Source: Victivallales bacterium (lineage in GTDB: Bacteria; Verrucomicrobiota; Lentisphaeria; Victivallales; GWF2-50-93). Taken from it: a stretch of 64,000 nucleotides of DNA. A program made the position numbers and the translations under genes. The number at the start of each line of letters is the position of its first letter. Position 1 is the stretch's first letter. The notes under the pieces were generated by a model. The model was not told the DNA's origin. It did no database searches and worked only from the letters and a program-made list of their open reading frames with translations. Where the stretch lies: contig JBAQUG010000455.1 of the NCBI GenBank assembly GCA_049297395.1, forward strand, positions 16 to 64,015, in the 5' to 3' direction. Shown here piece after piece: positions 1 through 8,932 of this stretch.

Positions 1-511
1 AGTCGAACACATGCAGACGGATTTTGCTGCTGTCAGGACCGGCAAAGCGTCTCCTTCCCTGGTCGAAAACATCATGGTTGACTACTATGGAAATCCTACA
101 AGGCTCAAGGAACTTGCGGGAATCACCGCTCCCGAGGCGCGTCTTCTTGTCATACAGCCCTGGGATCCCTCCTCGATGGCAGCAGTTGAAAAGGGTATTA
201 TTGCATCAAATATCGGAATCTCACCTGTGAACGATGGGCGGGTTATCCGCCTTCCAATTCCCGAACTCAGCGAAGAGAGGCGTTCAGCGCTGGCCAAAAA
301 GGTCAAGTCACGCGCGGAAGAGGCCAGAGTCGCGGTGAGGAACGTGCGCCGCGATGGAAATGAAGCCGCCAAGAAGGCACAGAAGGACAGCCAGATCACG
401 GAAGATGAGCTGAAGGAGAAGCTTGACGGCATCCAGAAACTTACCGACACCTATATCAAGGAAGTCGACGATGTCCTGCTCAAGAAGGAAAAAGAACTGA
501 TGAGCATGTAG
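1..511 (+). CDS. frr: ribosome recycling factor, 5' end cut by window edge
   Basis: ORF 11..511 stays open to the window start. Sequence TGKASPSLVENIMVDYYGNPTRLKELA...VAVRNVRRDGNEA...KLTD matches the Frr pattern, aligning from about residue 20. Confidence 0.95.
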   Translation, partial: VEHMQTDFAAVRTGKASPSLVENIMVDYYGNPTRLKELAGITAPEARLLVIQPWDPSSMAAVEKGIIASNIGISPVNDGRVIRLPIPELSEERRSALAKKVKSRAEEARVAVRNVRRDGNEAAKKAQKDSQITEDELKEKLDGIQKLTDTYIKEVDDVLLKKEKELMSM

Positions 512-512
512 A

Positions 513-538
513 ATATTTTTTCCAGACGGGAAAAATAT
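513..538 (+). terminator. AT-rich hairpin between frr and the next gene (weak terminator or attenuator candidate)
   Basis: atattttttcc-agac-gggaaaaatat stem-loop directly after the frr stop. There is no clear U-tail. Confidence 0.35.
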
Positions 539-550
539 ATGACATAGCCA

Positions 551-2413
551 ATGATAAGAAAAAACTTCTATATCCTGCTTGTAATCATCGCCTCCGCAGG
601 ATTGCTGCTGCGCCTGCAGGTCTGCAGTGAACTTCTTGAAAACGATGCCCAGGTATCGCATCCCTCGGCATATACCGACATGGCGACATACAAGGATCTT
701 TCCGAGAAGATAGCCAGAGGCGAATTCCAAGGGAACTTCTATTACCAGCCTTTTTACTACGCTGTCTTCCTGCCCGTTGTCCATAAGATCATGGGTGACG
801 GGATATGGCCGGTAATGATTGCGCAGGCCTTGATTTCTGCGCTGACGATATTCCTTGCGGCAATCTCATCTGCGATGCTCTGGGGCAGAATGGCAGGGGT
901 GGTGACCGCCCTTCTCACGGCGTTTTCAGCGGTGCTCATCCTCTATGTGCCCTATCATCTCATTGAAACGCTGCAGGCGTTCTGGATCACGGCGATACTG
1001 TATGCTGCGATCATCGCATGGAGACGAGGGAGGATTTTCTACTGGGGGATCCTTGGATTCCTGGTTTCGCTTTCAATTCTCACGCGCGGGAATGTCTGGT
1101 TCTGCGTGCCGGGGCTGGTGCTTGCGGCGTTTTTCTCGGTCAGGATCAAGTCTGAAGCCAGGCCGTCCTGGAATTTAAATAACATCATGGCGAGACTTCT
1201 GCCGGTAATTGTTTTCCTTGTAATGGTCATCCTGCCCCAGCTTCCATTCGCGGCCAGGAACACGAAAGCGACAGGGAAGTTATGTGGGCCTTCGACGGCT
1301 GCAGGAGCTGTTCTAGCTCTGGGAAACACTCCGGAAGCGCCTCCGGGAGGGCGCAACCCCGGTACTGGACCTGGGCCGATGGAATATCCTGAGACCTATG
1401 GCGCGTGGATGGATAAGGAGAAGGAAATTCCGGTTTCATCCAGGATGTTCCAGTGGTTCAAGGCCGAGCCCCTCGCATTCATAGAGCTTCAATGCCGGAA
1501 AATGCTGCTCTTCTGGGACCGGCACGAGATCCCGAACAACATTGCGTTTGAGAGACAGGGGATGAAAAGCAGGACTTTCCGTCTTCTTGCTTTCATTCCG
1601 ACTGCGATCATAATGGCGATGGCCCTGGGCTGGCTTATGTATTATTTCGTCTCCAATGCAAGATCGGGATTCAAAAGGATCTCCAGGCATCCTGAACCTC
1701 TTATTCTCTTTTATCTTATTACAAGCCTGTTCCTCGCGACTGCCGCATTTTACATATTGGCAAGATTCAGACTTCCGATTGTTCCGCTCATGTCGGTAGG
1801 GGCAGGGGGGCTTGCTGCAACCTTGTTCATCAATCTCGCTAGGCGCAATTGGAAAAAAGTCATGAACAGGTCGCTGCTTCCATTCCTTGCTGCAACTTTC
1901 ATTGTCGTGTTCGGATATGACTTCTACAGATATTATTATGAACCTGCAGTTATGAAGGTTGTCCGTCCTGATGGGATAAGATCCGAAATCCGGGAAGGCA
2001 GGATACTTTATATGGACAATGGGCCTCTTTCATTTGGATCGTGGATGCCGGTGGGCATCAAGGAAGGCGATTCGATACGGAAGAAATTTGTCATAAGGGA
2101 TTCAATGGACAGGCGGACTGTAGAGCTGTCCATCCCATTTTTGTGCGATGTCCCGGGGAAGATGAAGATTGAGATCAACGGGAAGCCTCTGCAGCTTGAA
2201 CTCAGGCAGGGGATGGATGAAAAGCTTTTTCAGATTCAATTTTCAGCGTCGGATCCGCAGGTTGAAATTAAATTCCTGTTCATCGACTGCAAGGCTTATC
2301 CGATATTTGATTTCCAGAGGAATTACGGGAGGACGGAATTTAACGGGAAGAATCCCTGCGCCGAACTTGTGTCAAAGCTCTATCTTGTTCCGCAGAAAGA
2401 ACCAAAAGAATAG
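551..2413 (+). CDS. polytopic membrane glycosyltransferase, ArnT/PMT-like (GT39/GT83-type)
   Basis: 620 aa with many predicted TM helices in the N-terminal two thirds and a soluble C-terminal domain. Architecture and composition are typical of the ArnT/dolichyl-phosphate-mannose transferase family. No catalytic motif was verified. Confidence 0.55.
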   Translation: MIRKNFYILLVIIASAGLLLRLQVCSELLENDAQVSHPSAYTDMATYKDLSEKIARGEFQGNFYYQPFYYAVFLPVVHKIMGDGIWPVMIAQALISALTIFLAAISSAMLWGRMAGVVTALLTAFSAVLILYVPYHLIETLQAFWITAILYAAIIAWRRGRIFYWGILGFLVSLSILTRGNVWFCVPGLVLAAFFSVRIKSEARPSWNLNNIMARLLPVIVFLVMVILPQLPFAARNTKATGKLCGPSTAAGAVLALGNTPEAPPGGRNPGTGPGPMEYPETYGAWMDKEKEIPVSSRMFQWFKAEPLAFIELQCRKMLLFWDRHEIPNNIAFERQGMKSRTFRLLAFIPTAIIMAMALGWLMYYFVSNARSGFKRISRHPEPLILFYLITSLFLATAAFYILARFRLPIVPLMSVGAGGLAATLFINLARRNWKKVMNRSLLPFLAATFIVVFGYDFYRYYYEPAVMKVVRPDGIRSEIREGRILYMDNGPLSFGSWMPVGIKEGDSIRKKFVIRDSMDRRTVELSIPFLCDVPGKMKIEINGKPLQLELRQGMDEKLFQIQFSASDPQVEIKFLFIDCKAYPIFDFQRNYGRTEFNGKNPCAELVSKLYLVPQKEPKE

Positions 2414-2431
2414 ATCGAATTTAGTTGGTAG

Positions 2432-2905
2432 TCAAGCACGTGGGGGCTGTTCTTCCTGCCTTTCCTTTATCTTCATCAATATTATCATTCCGGCCAGGCT
2501 TGACGGCAGACCGAAGAGAATCAACCAGAGAAGGTTGACGTTGTATCTGATCAGTTCCCAACCATCGCCTCCATCGCAGAGCCATCCGAGACCAATATAA
2601 AGTCCGTTCCCGATAAGGCATACAGCACAGAATAAAACCAAGATTTCCTTAACGTTCTTCCTGGCGGGAATCAGCAGCAACAGAAATGGCAATAGTATTC
2701 CAATAATCGACCCCATCCATATGTCTGCTACAGGATGAAGCGAGCCTTCGCGGATTGTTTCCGTAAAGATGTTGAAATGGAATGCGATTTTCTGGACAAT
2801 GCCACCGTTGAGCTTACAGGAGATTATGTGCCCGACTTCATGAAGCAACTGCAGCGGGAACCAGCCAATAACTATAACCAAGATAAATTTTAAATAGAAC
2901 TTCAT
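2432..2905 (-). CDS. small integral-membrane protein with HExxH zinc-metalloprotease motif (M50B-like)
   Basis: 157 aa with about 4 TM segments. The LLHEVGHII motif lies in the first TM region. Confidence 0.5.
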   Translation of the reverse strand: MKFYLKFILVIVIGWFPLQLLHEVGHIISCKLNGGIVQKIAFHFNIFTETIREGSLHPVADIWMGSIIGILLPFLLLLIPARKNVKEILVLFCAVCLIGNGLYIGLGWLCDGGDGWELIRYNVNLLWLILFGLPSSLAGMIILMKIKERQEEQPPRA

Positions 2906-3194
2906 TGGTTAATATGGAGCTTGAAATGCAAAATTAGAAATTGGGAATCATAATGGAGCGCCGGCGTCTCGCCGGCAATTGTTTAAGAACAGCCCTTGCG
3001 GGCTTAATCCGCCTGAGGCGAATTAACTGGACGGCGCTCGGAAATGGGGTAGCGCGGACATTCCTGCGTGCCGTGCCATAGCCCTGGTCGCCTTCGGCGC
3101 TGCCATAGGCAGGTAAGCGTCCCGCCGGCAATAATAAATCGGAAACTTAGGGTTACCTTGATTTTTTCCGGCGGCCCGACTACCTTTAAAGCAT

Positions 3195-3788
3195 ATGAAA
3201 ATCAAAATTCCAGTCAGTGCATTTACCGTTATCTTGAGAAGGCCTATAGCCATTTTAGTTATACTTTGTATTTTCTCTCTTATCACAATTTCTATCTGCT
3301 TCATGTGCCTTCATAAGCCGAATAATACTGATGAGATGACTGGGCAGGAAGCTGTTCCATTCAAATCGACTAGGGTCAAGCAGAGAGATCCCAATAGCAA
3401 CACATATAAACTAAAAATGATTGCTTTAGGCTGCCGATTATATGCTGAAAAAACACAAAAGAATTTTCCTGTTGATTTGGATGAGCTTGTAAAAGGCGGA
3501 TATGTTGAAAACAATGAAATTATAATTTGGGTAAACAAGGAAGATTCCAGCAGGAGAAAATTCATCTACTGTCAAGGATTAAACGAAAAGTCCCCTGAAG
3601 ACTTCATTCTCGCAGCGGCACCGAGGCCGGAAAACGGGAAAAGGGAAATTGTTCATGTGGACGGACATGCGGCAACAATCAAAGAGGAAGAGTTTCAGAG
3701 CACCGCACAGAATCAGAAATGGAAAATTCCATCCTCGTTGGAACCTGATGATAAGAATATGCCAGGTAAGGGTTCAGTTTTTTTTTAA
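3195..3788 (+). CDS. membrane-anchored hypothetical protein with a pseudopilin-core/DUF1559-like segment
   Basis: N-terminal TM (ILVILCIFSLITISICF). The segment LKMIALGCRLYAEKTQKNFPVDLDELVKGGYVEN resembles the conserved core of DUF1559/type II pseudopilin-like proteins, but the N-methylation signal is absent. Confidence 0.4.
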   Translation: MKIKIPVSAFTVILRRPIAILVILCIFSLITISICFMCLHKPNNTDEMTGQEAVPFKSTRVKQRDPNSNTYKLKMIALGCRLYAEKTQKNFPVDLDELVKGGYVENNEIIIWVNKEDSSRRKFIYCQGLNEKSPEDFILAAAPRPENGKREIVHVDGHAATIKEEEFQSTAQNQKWKIPSSLEPDDKNMPGKGSVFF

Positions 3789-3828
3789 CATTGCAGTTGT
3801 CAAAAGATTTTCGCGCTTCGCGAAAATC

Positions 3829-6438
3829 TTACCGCATCAGCCTTTCCGCTGCGTCAGCCTTTATCCAGCCTTCCGAACCGTTGCCTGTCCGGACTCGGAG
3901 CCAGTTGTCCCTTTCCTCCTCGATGAAGAGCTTCTCGCCGCAGTTGATCCGGAAGTCGGTCTGCTTGGAAGTTTCCGAAGGCAGGAGATATACCTGCATG
4001 TTCTTGATGACGGCGTAGGCTGTCTTTGGACTATATGAACTTGCCGACTGGCTTATCGGAGCGATCAGCAGCAGCACGAAGACGATGCCTGCCGCTGAAA
4101 TGCTTGTGTAGAATCTGGCTTCTGATGCAAACCTGCGGCGGAGCGCGAGGATTATTCCTGCAAAGGCCCAGACTATGGCGGCGATGAACATCCACTCGTC
4201 CGGACGCAGCAGGTCCCTGGCAAATGTGACGAGATCCTTTGGCGATTCAATGTCACCTATCTCAGGAAGCATGAATTTCCTGTGGACCAGGTTCAGGTTC
4301 TCCCTGATGTCGGAATCCCTAGGTGAAAGATGAAGCGCCCGCTCATACATTACCAGCGCCTTTGCGGGTTCTCCTAGCTGGTAGAGGCAGTTCCCGAGGT
4401 TGTAGAGCAGGGCGGGATCAGGAGCGGTCATGTCGAGCTGCTTCCGGTAGAATTCAGCCACCTTTATGAATTCCCCGTGGTTGTAGGCTGTCAACGGGTT
4501 GAACTGCCGAGCCGTCTCGGTTTCTGCTGGAAGTGCAAGAGGAAGCACGAAAAGGACAAGCAGCATCGAAAATTTCTTCAGTGATGCCAGCAGGGAACTG
4601 CGGAGCTCTGACTTGTTGGAGCCATGTGCTCCTGGCATATAGGCGGAATCGGCTCCCGCCTTCAGCAGCGAAGCCAGTTCGTTGTCGTCTATTTTTCCTG
4701 CGAGTTCGCCTGCGGAGGTCCCGGGAGGCAGGCCCTTGAGGTCGTTCAGGTATGGGACGACTTTATTCTGGATCAATGCGTTCAGTTTCCCAGGATCTGA
4801 TTTGCGGATTTCGCGGAGGAGATTGTTCTTGCCGGAAATCGCCTTTATTTTCCTGCGCAGCGCCGGATCGTTTTCCAGGCGCAGCCTCCTGAAGTGGCTG
4901 AATTCGCTGAATCCCCATAGGGCTGGGCCGAGGATGGACAGCAGGAGGACCAGGATGACATGGTTTTTCCATAATGGAAGAACTACCTGCCCGGAAAGAT
5001 TCTTCTTGAGATAGAGGATGTCGTTTATCTTTTTGCCATTGGCCTTCTTGTCCATGAACGTAGGTACAGGGACCGGACTGCCGGAATCGGACACGACCGG
5101 CGCCTGCGGATTGTCCGATTTCTCGATCTTCATTTTACGGCTGAAGGGGACTTCTGCATATTTTCCGGAGGCTGTGGAGAAATAGGATACCGGAAGATTG
5201 ATTTCCGTGCTGCCTTCCTGCAGGGGGATCATTACATACCTGACTTCGAACGAGTCGGTAGTCGATGAAGGAGACTTCTTTATTTCCGGTGGATAGACGC
5301 GGAATCCATCCAGTCTGAACTCAGGTGCCTTGAGGGTATCGAGGGTCCCATCGCCGGAACCGCTTATCTTCAAGGTCGCAGGTTCGCCGGTCTTGAGATT
5401 TTCCTGGCTTATTTCCGTCCGGATCTTCCAGTTCCCGATAAGCCCCAGATAATTGACTGTTCCTGCAGGGGCCGGAAGCGATAACGCTTCAAGTTCAGGA
5501 AATGCGCAGGTCAGGTTCTGCTCCGCCTGCCTGTAGTTCGCGAAGGGGCTTGCGAACATATCTTCAAACGGATCGCTGGAACGGTTGCCCCGCCTGTTGT
5601 CGTTCGGGATCTTCACTATGCATGCGATATTCACCTTGCCGGACATTTTTCCGGCTGCTATCGGACGGAACGCCGAACGGAAGGTGTACACATTGAAGAT
5701 CTGTCCGTTGAGTTTCTCATTGGATGTCTGCGCTGAAGCGAAATGGGCGTTCTGCGGATTTGTCGGACTGAAATCGTGGAATGCCACGTTTTCCATGCTG
5801 ATCTCCGGCCAGCTCCTTATGTCGAAGTTAAGCCCGCGAACGCCGAAGACTTTTATTTCAAACGATATTTCCTCTCCTACGTATATGCTTTTCCTGTCGG
5901 TCAGAAGTGAGCATTTCGCAAAGAGGATTTCATCAAGTCCGGCATTCTTCTTTTCTGTTTTGCCGTCATTGGAACTTACCGTGTATTTCCTGGTCATGAC
6001 CTTGAACGCCACGGGATCTGTCAATGTCTTTTTTTTGCCGCACTGGATTTTCAGGGCAGGTAGCTTAAGCTCACCCTCCTTCCCGGGAACGAACTCGTAA
6101 ACAGCTATATAGGTGGATGCCCTTTTGAAATTTATGATTGATGTCTGCATGCTTTTTGAGACTCCCTGATGCCAAGATATACCTTCGACTTTCGGGAACT
6201 CGGTCACTTCTGGATAGTCTTCAGAGGAGACAAGCTGGAGCTGCACGGGTTCGCCGACCATGGCCGGCTGCGGGGCTATTGTCATGTTTATGTCGCCTGC
6301 GGAAAAAACCTGGAGCGAAAAGAAGAGAAGAAAAGACAAGACAAGAAGCGAAGCCGCCCGGCCCGACAGGGCATGAACCGTATTATTGAAATGTGAAATT
6401 GTCTTATTCATTGTATTCTTGGAACCTGTAAAGAGCAC
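3829..6438 (-). CDS. BatD-like protein fused to TPR, TM segments and a C-terminal SH3-like domain (BatD-BatE-like fusion)
   Basis: 869 aa. It has a signal/TM N-terminus, a long beta-rich BatD-like body, a central TM, a TPR-like stretch (YNLGNCLYQLGEPAKALVMYERALHLSPRD), 2 TMs and a C-terminal DNWLRVRTGNGSEGWIKADA segment. It lies directly downstream of the VWA gene. Start uncertain (GTG 6438 or ATG 6411). Confidence 0.65.
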   Translation of the reverse strand: MLFTGSKNTMNKTISHFNNTVHALSGRAASLLVLSFLLFFSLQVFSAGDINMTIAPQPAMVGEPVQLQLVSSEDYPEVTEFPKVEGISWHQGVSKSMQTSIINFKRASTYIAVYEFVPGKEGELKLPALKIQCGKKKTLTDPVAFKVMTRKYTVSSNDGKTEKKNAGLDEILFAKCSLLTDRKSIYVGEEISFEIKVFGVRGLNFDIRSWPEISMENVAFHDFSPTNPQNAHFASAQTSNEKLNGQIFNVYTFRSAFRPIAAGKMSGKVNIACIVKIPNDNRRGNRSSDPFEDMFASPFANYRQAEQNLTCAFPELEALSLPAPAGTVNYLGLIGNWKIRTEISQENLKTGEPATLKISGSGDGTLDTLKAPEFRLDGFRVYPPEIKKSPSSTTDSFEVRYVMIPLQEGSTEINLPVSYFSTASGKYAEVPFSRKMKIEKSDNPQAPVVSDSGSPVPVPTFMDKKANGKKINDILYLKKNLSGQVVLPLWKNHVILVLLLSILGPALWGFSEFSHFRRLRLENDPALRRKIKAISGKNNLLREIRKSDPGKLNALIQNKVVPYLNDLKGLPPGTSAGELAGKIDDNELASLLKAGADSAYMPGAHGSNKSELRSSLLASLKKFSMLLVLFVLPLALPAETETARQFNPLTAYNHGEFIKVAEFYRKQLDMTAPDPALLYNLGNCLYQLGEPAKALVMYERALHLSPRDSDIRENLNLVHRKFMLPEIGDIESPKDLVTFARDLLRPDEWMFIAAIVWAFAGIILALRRRFASEARFYTSISAAGIVFVLLLIAPISQSASSYSPKTAYAVIKNMQVYLLPSETSKQTDFRINCGEKLFIEEERDNWLRVRTGNGSEGWIKADAAERLMR

Positions 6439-6528
6439 GGCAACAGAGTGCCGTGGCTACATTTAATCCAAGCTGTAGCCGCGTCACTCTGCTGACGCGT
6501 CCTTCTCTAACGCATGCAGCTTGGATTA
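6436..6528 (-). promoter_or_regulatory. cluster of three hairpins in the spacer between the two Bat-like genes
   Basis: cacggca-acagag-tgccgtg (6436-6455); gcgtca-ctctgc-tgacgc (6481-6498); and a 12-bp perfect inverted repeat taatccaagctg / cagcttggatta (6464-6475 / 6517-6528) that encloses the second hairpin. Confidence 0.45.
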
Positions 6529-6561
6529 TGTTAATGTTATAAATTTGCGCCAGCAAATTTA

Positions 6562-8796
6562 TCACCAGTCCTTCTCGACCGTGTTTGCTCTTGAATTCTG
6601 TTTGTTCTGCTCCTTCATTTCCTGCTGGAGCTTCTTCTCGTCGTTCGCCATCTGGTCAAGCAGCGCCTCGGCCTGTTCAGGATCTATTTCCTTCTCGTCC
6701 TTGGGTTGTTCCTTCTGGGGCTTGGCCTTCTGCTTCTCCTGGTTCTTCTGATCCTGGTCCTGCCTGCCCTTCTGCTCCTGTTTGTCCTTGTCCTTATTCT
6801 GCCCCTCATCCTTTGACATTCCAAGTTCGTTCAGTGCATTTTTCAGATTTTCTTCGGCCTTCTGTCCATTCCCCTTCTTCTGCTCCTCCTGGGCCTTCTC
6901 AATTTCCTTTTCGGCCTTGGATGCGGATTCCTCCGACTGCTTCGAATCCTGTTTCTTCGCTTCTTCCTTGTAGTCCTCAACAGACTTCTTAGCCTCTTCG
7001 GTCTTCTTCTGGGCATCATCCTGTTTGGTCTGCTGGCCGCCCTTGTCCTGCTGCTCATTCTTCTTATCCTGCTTGCCATCTTTCTGGCTCTGCTGATCCT
7101 TCTGCTTTTGCTGTCCATTCTGTTCATTCTTCTGGTCTTGTTTCTGATCCTGTTTCTTGTCCTGCTGGGATTTGCCTTCGTTCTTGTCCTTCTGCGAGTC
7201 GTGGGCCTCCTTGGTCTTCTGCTGGGCCTCCTGCTTTTTCTGCTCGAGTTTTTTCTGCTGTTCCAGTATCTTCTTCGCCAGTTCCCTGTCCTTCAGGAGC
7301 TTCTGCTGGTTCATCGCGACTTCAAGCGGTTTTGGAGTTGCACGCATTGATTCCCTATACATCTCCTCGGCTGACTCCAGCGCTTTTATCGCGTCTTCAG
7401 GCTTGGTCTGGATGAGTGCCCTGGCATTCTCATGTTTGATCACTCCGAGGTTCTGGCAGGCTTTCGAAACAAGTTCGTGGTCGCCGGGATCCACGCTTAT
7501 TGCATTCTCATAAAGAGCCGCAGCCTTGTCGAATTCCTTGTTCTTCTGCAGTTCAAGCGCCTTGTTGTATATCTCATGAGGGGTCTTGATGTCTGTGGAT
7601 TTCTTGCCTCCGTTCTTAGCCGGAGACTTGTCATCAGGCATTGGAACCGCAGTGTCCAGGAGCTGGTCGCCGGGAACGGCTTGCTTGTTGACGGCCATCG
7701 GCGGCTGTGTTTTGTCATCCACTGGAATCTTGTCCTGTGCGCCCGCGAAATTCGCAAAGCACATGATTGTGAGGAGGATGAGGACGTTCCTGCGTTCGTT
7801 CACCGCGAAATACGCAAAGAGCAGGAACAATGCGGCGAACAGCGGGATATGGAACCGTTCGATGGGCCTTGTCTGGTTGCCCTGGTCGTATTGTTCCGGT
7901 ATCAGCGCCTTTACTCTCTTGAGAACCGAGTCAAGTCCGGTGCTTGTCGCTGTCGACCTCACATATATTCCCGAAGTCTCCATCGCGAGGGCGTTGAGCT
8001 GTTTCTCGTTGAGAGGACTCTTTACAAGTTCGCCGTTCTTGTCCCTGAGGAAAGTCTGTTCGCCGGGTTTTGCCCCTGGAAGCACGATAAGTCCGGGCTG
8101 CGACGGATCGCCTATCCCGACGACAAATATCGGTATCTTTGTCTTCTTTAGTTCTTCAAGAGCTACGGAACTTGAACCCTGCAGCTCATCTCCGTCGGTG
8201 AGGAGGATTATCGCCCTGTGCCCGCCTTCGGCCGCCTTGAACGCCTCCATCGACGCCTCAATGGCCCGCTGAATGTTCGTCCCGCCCAGCGGGATGCTTT
8301 CGACGGACATCTCGTTAATGGACTGGAAGAGCGTAGTCTTGTCTGCCGTCATCGGGCATTGCAGGAAGGCTGTTCCCGCGAAGTCGATTATCCCGAACCT
8401 GTCGCCCGTGCAGTTCTTGATCAGTTCCCTCAGGAACCATTTGGAATGTTCAAGGCGTGACGGCTGCACATCCTGCGAGAGCATGCTTTTCGAGACGTCC
8501 TGGACTATGAGCAGATCCCTTCCTTTGCCTGTGAACGGAAGGATCTTGGTGCCCCAGCTCGGACGGGCTGCTGCTACAAGCAGTACAAGTATCGCCGACG
8601 CGAGCAGGATATTGCGGATGGTCCGCTTGCGGGTTGACAGCGTCGTATAGGCAGGATTTACCGCCCGCTCACCGAGAATCAGGGACAGCTGTTTTTTCCT
8701 TCGCTGGTACGACAGCACCCAGAAAAAAACTAGAAGCGGTATGATCCACAGGATATTCCAAAAGTATTCCGGTTTCAAGAAAATCATTTTATCCAC
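6562..8796 (-). CDS. VWA-domain protein fused to TPR and a long K/Q/E/D-rich tail (BatB-BatC-like fusion)
   Basis: 744 aa. N-terminal TMs are followed by a VWA domain with a MIDAS-like DxSxS (VQDVSKSM), a second TM, a TPR-like stretch (YNKALELQKNKEFDKAAALYENAISVDPGD) and then about 270 aa of charged low complexity. Confidence 0.7.
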   Translation of the reverse strand: MDKMIFLKPEYFWNILWIIPLLVFFWVLSYQRRKKQLSLILGERAVNPAYTTLSTRKRTIRNILLASAILVLLVAAARPSWGTKILPFTGKGRDLLIVQDVSKSMLSQDVQPSRLEHSKWFLRELIKNCTGDRFGIIDFAGTAFLQCPMTADKTTLFQSINEMSVESIPLGGTNIQRAIEASMEAFKAAEGGHRAIILLTDGDELQGSSSVALEELKKTKIPIFVVGIGDPSQPGLIVLPGAKPGEQTFLRDKNGELVKSPLNEKQLNALAMETSGIYVRSTATSTGLDSVLKRVKALIPEQYDQGNQTRPIERFHIPLFAALFLLFAYFAVNERRNVLILLTIMCFANFAGAQDKIPVDDKTQPPMAVNKQAVPGDQLLDTAVPMPDDKSPAKNGGKKSTDIKTPHEIYNKALELQKNKEFDKAAALYENAISVDPGDHELVSKACQNLGVIKHENARALIQTKPEDAIKALESAEEMYRESMRATPKPLEVAMNQQKLLKDRELAKKILEQQKKLEQKKQEAQQKTKEAHDSQKDKNEGKSQQDKKQDQKQDQKNEQNGQQKQKDQQSQKDGKQDKKNEQQDKGGQQTKQDDAQKKTEEAKKSVEDYKEEAKKQDSKQSEESASKAEKEIEKAQEEQKKGNGQKAEENLKNALNELGMSKDEGQNKDKDKQEQKGRQDQDQKNQEKQKAKPQKEQPKDEKEIDPEQAEALLDQMANDEKKLQQEMKEQNKQNSRANTVEKDW

Positions 8797-8932
8797 GCCC
8801 TTTTTATGACTCTACAGGATGTCTTCTACAAAGCTAGAGATTCTAGCTCCTTACTTCTTTGTTTCATTTGACATTTGAAATAAGGGTTTTGTTCCATAAC
8901 TTATTAAAAACCCGATAATATGAGGCTTGACC

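Noticed and set aside
6585-7513. Family of plus- and minus-strand ORFs (135, 118, 94, 80 aa and others) rich in S/F/L or R/K
   Set aside because: They are artefacts of the strand-biased low-complexity DNA that encodes the K/Q/E/D tail of the VWA protein.
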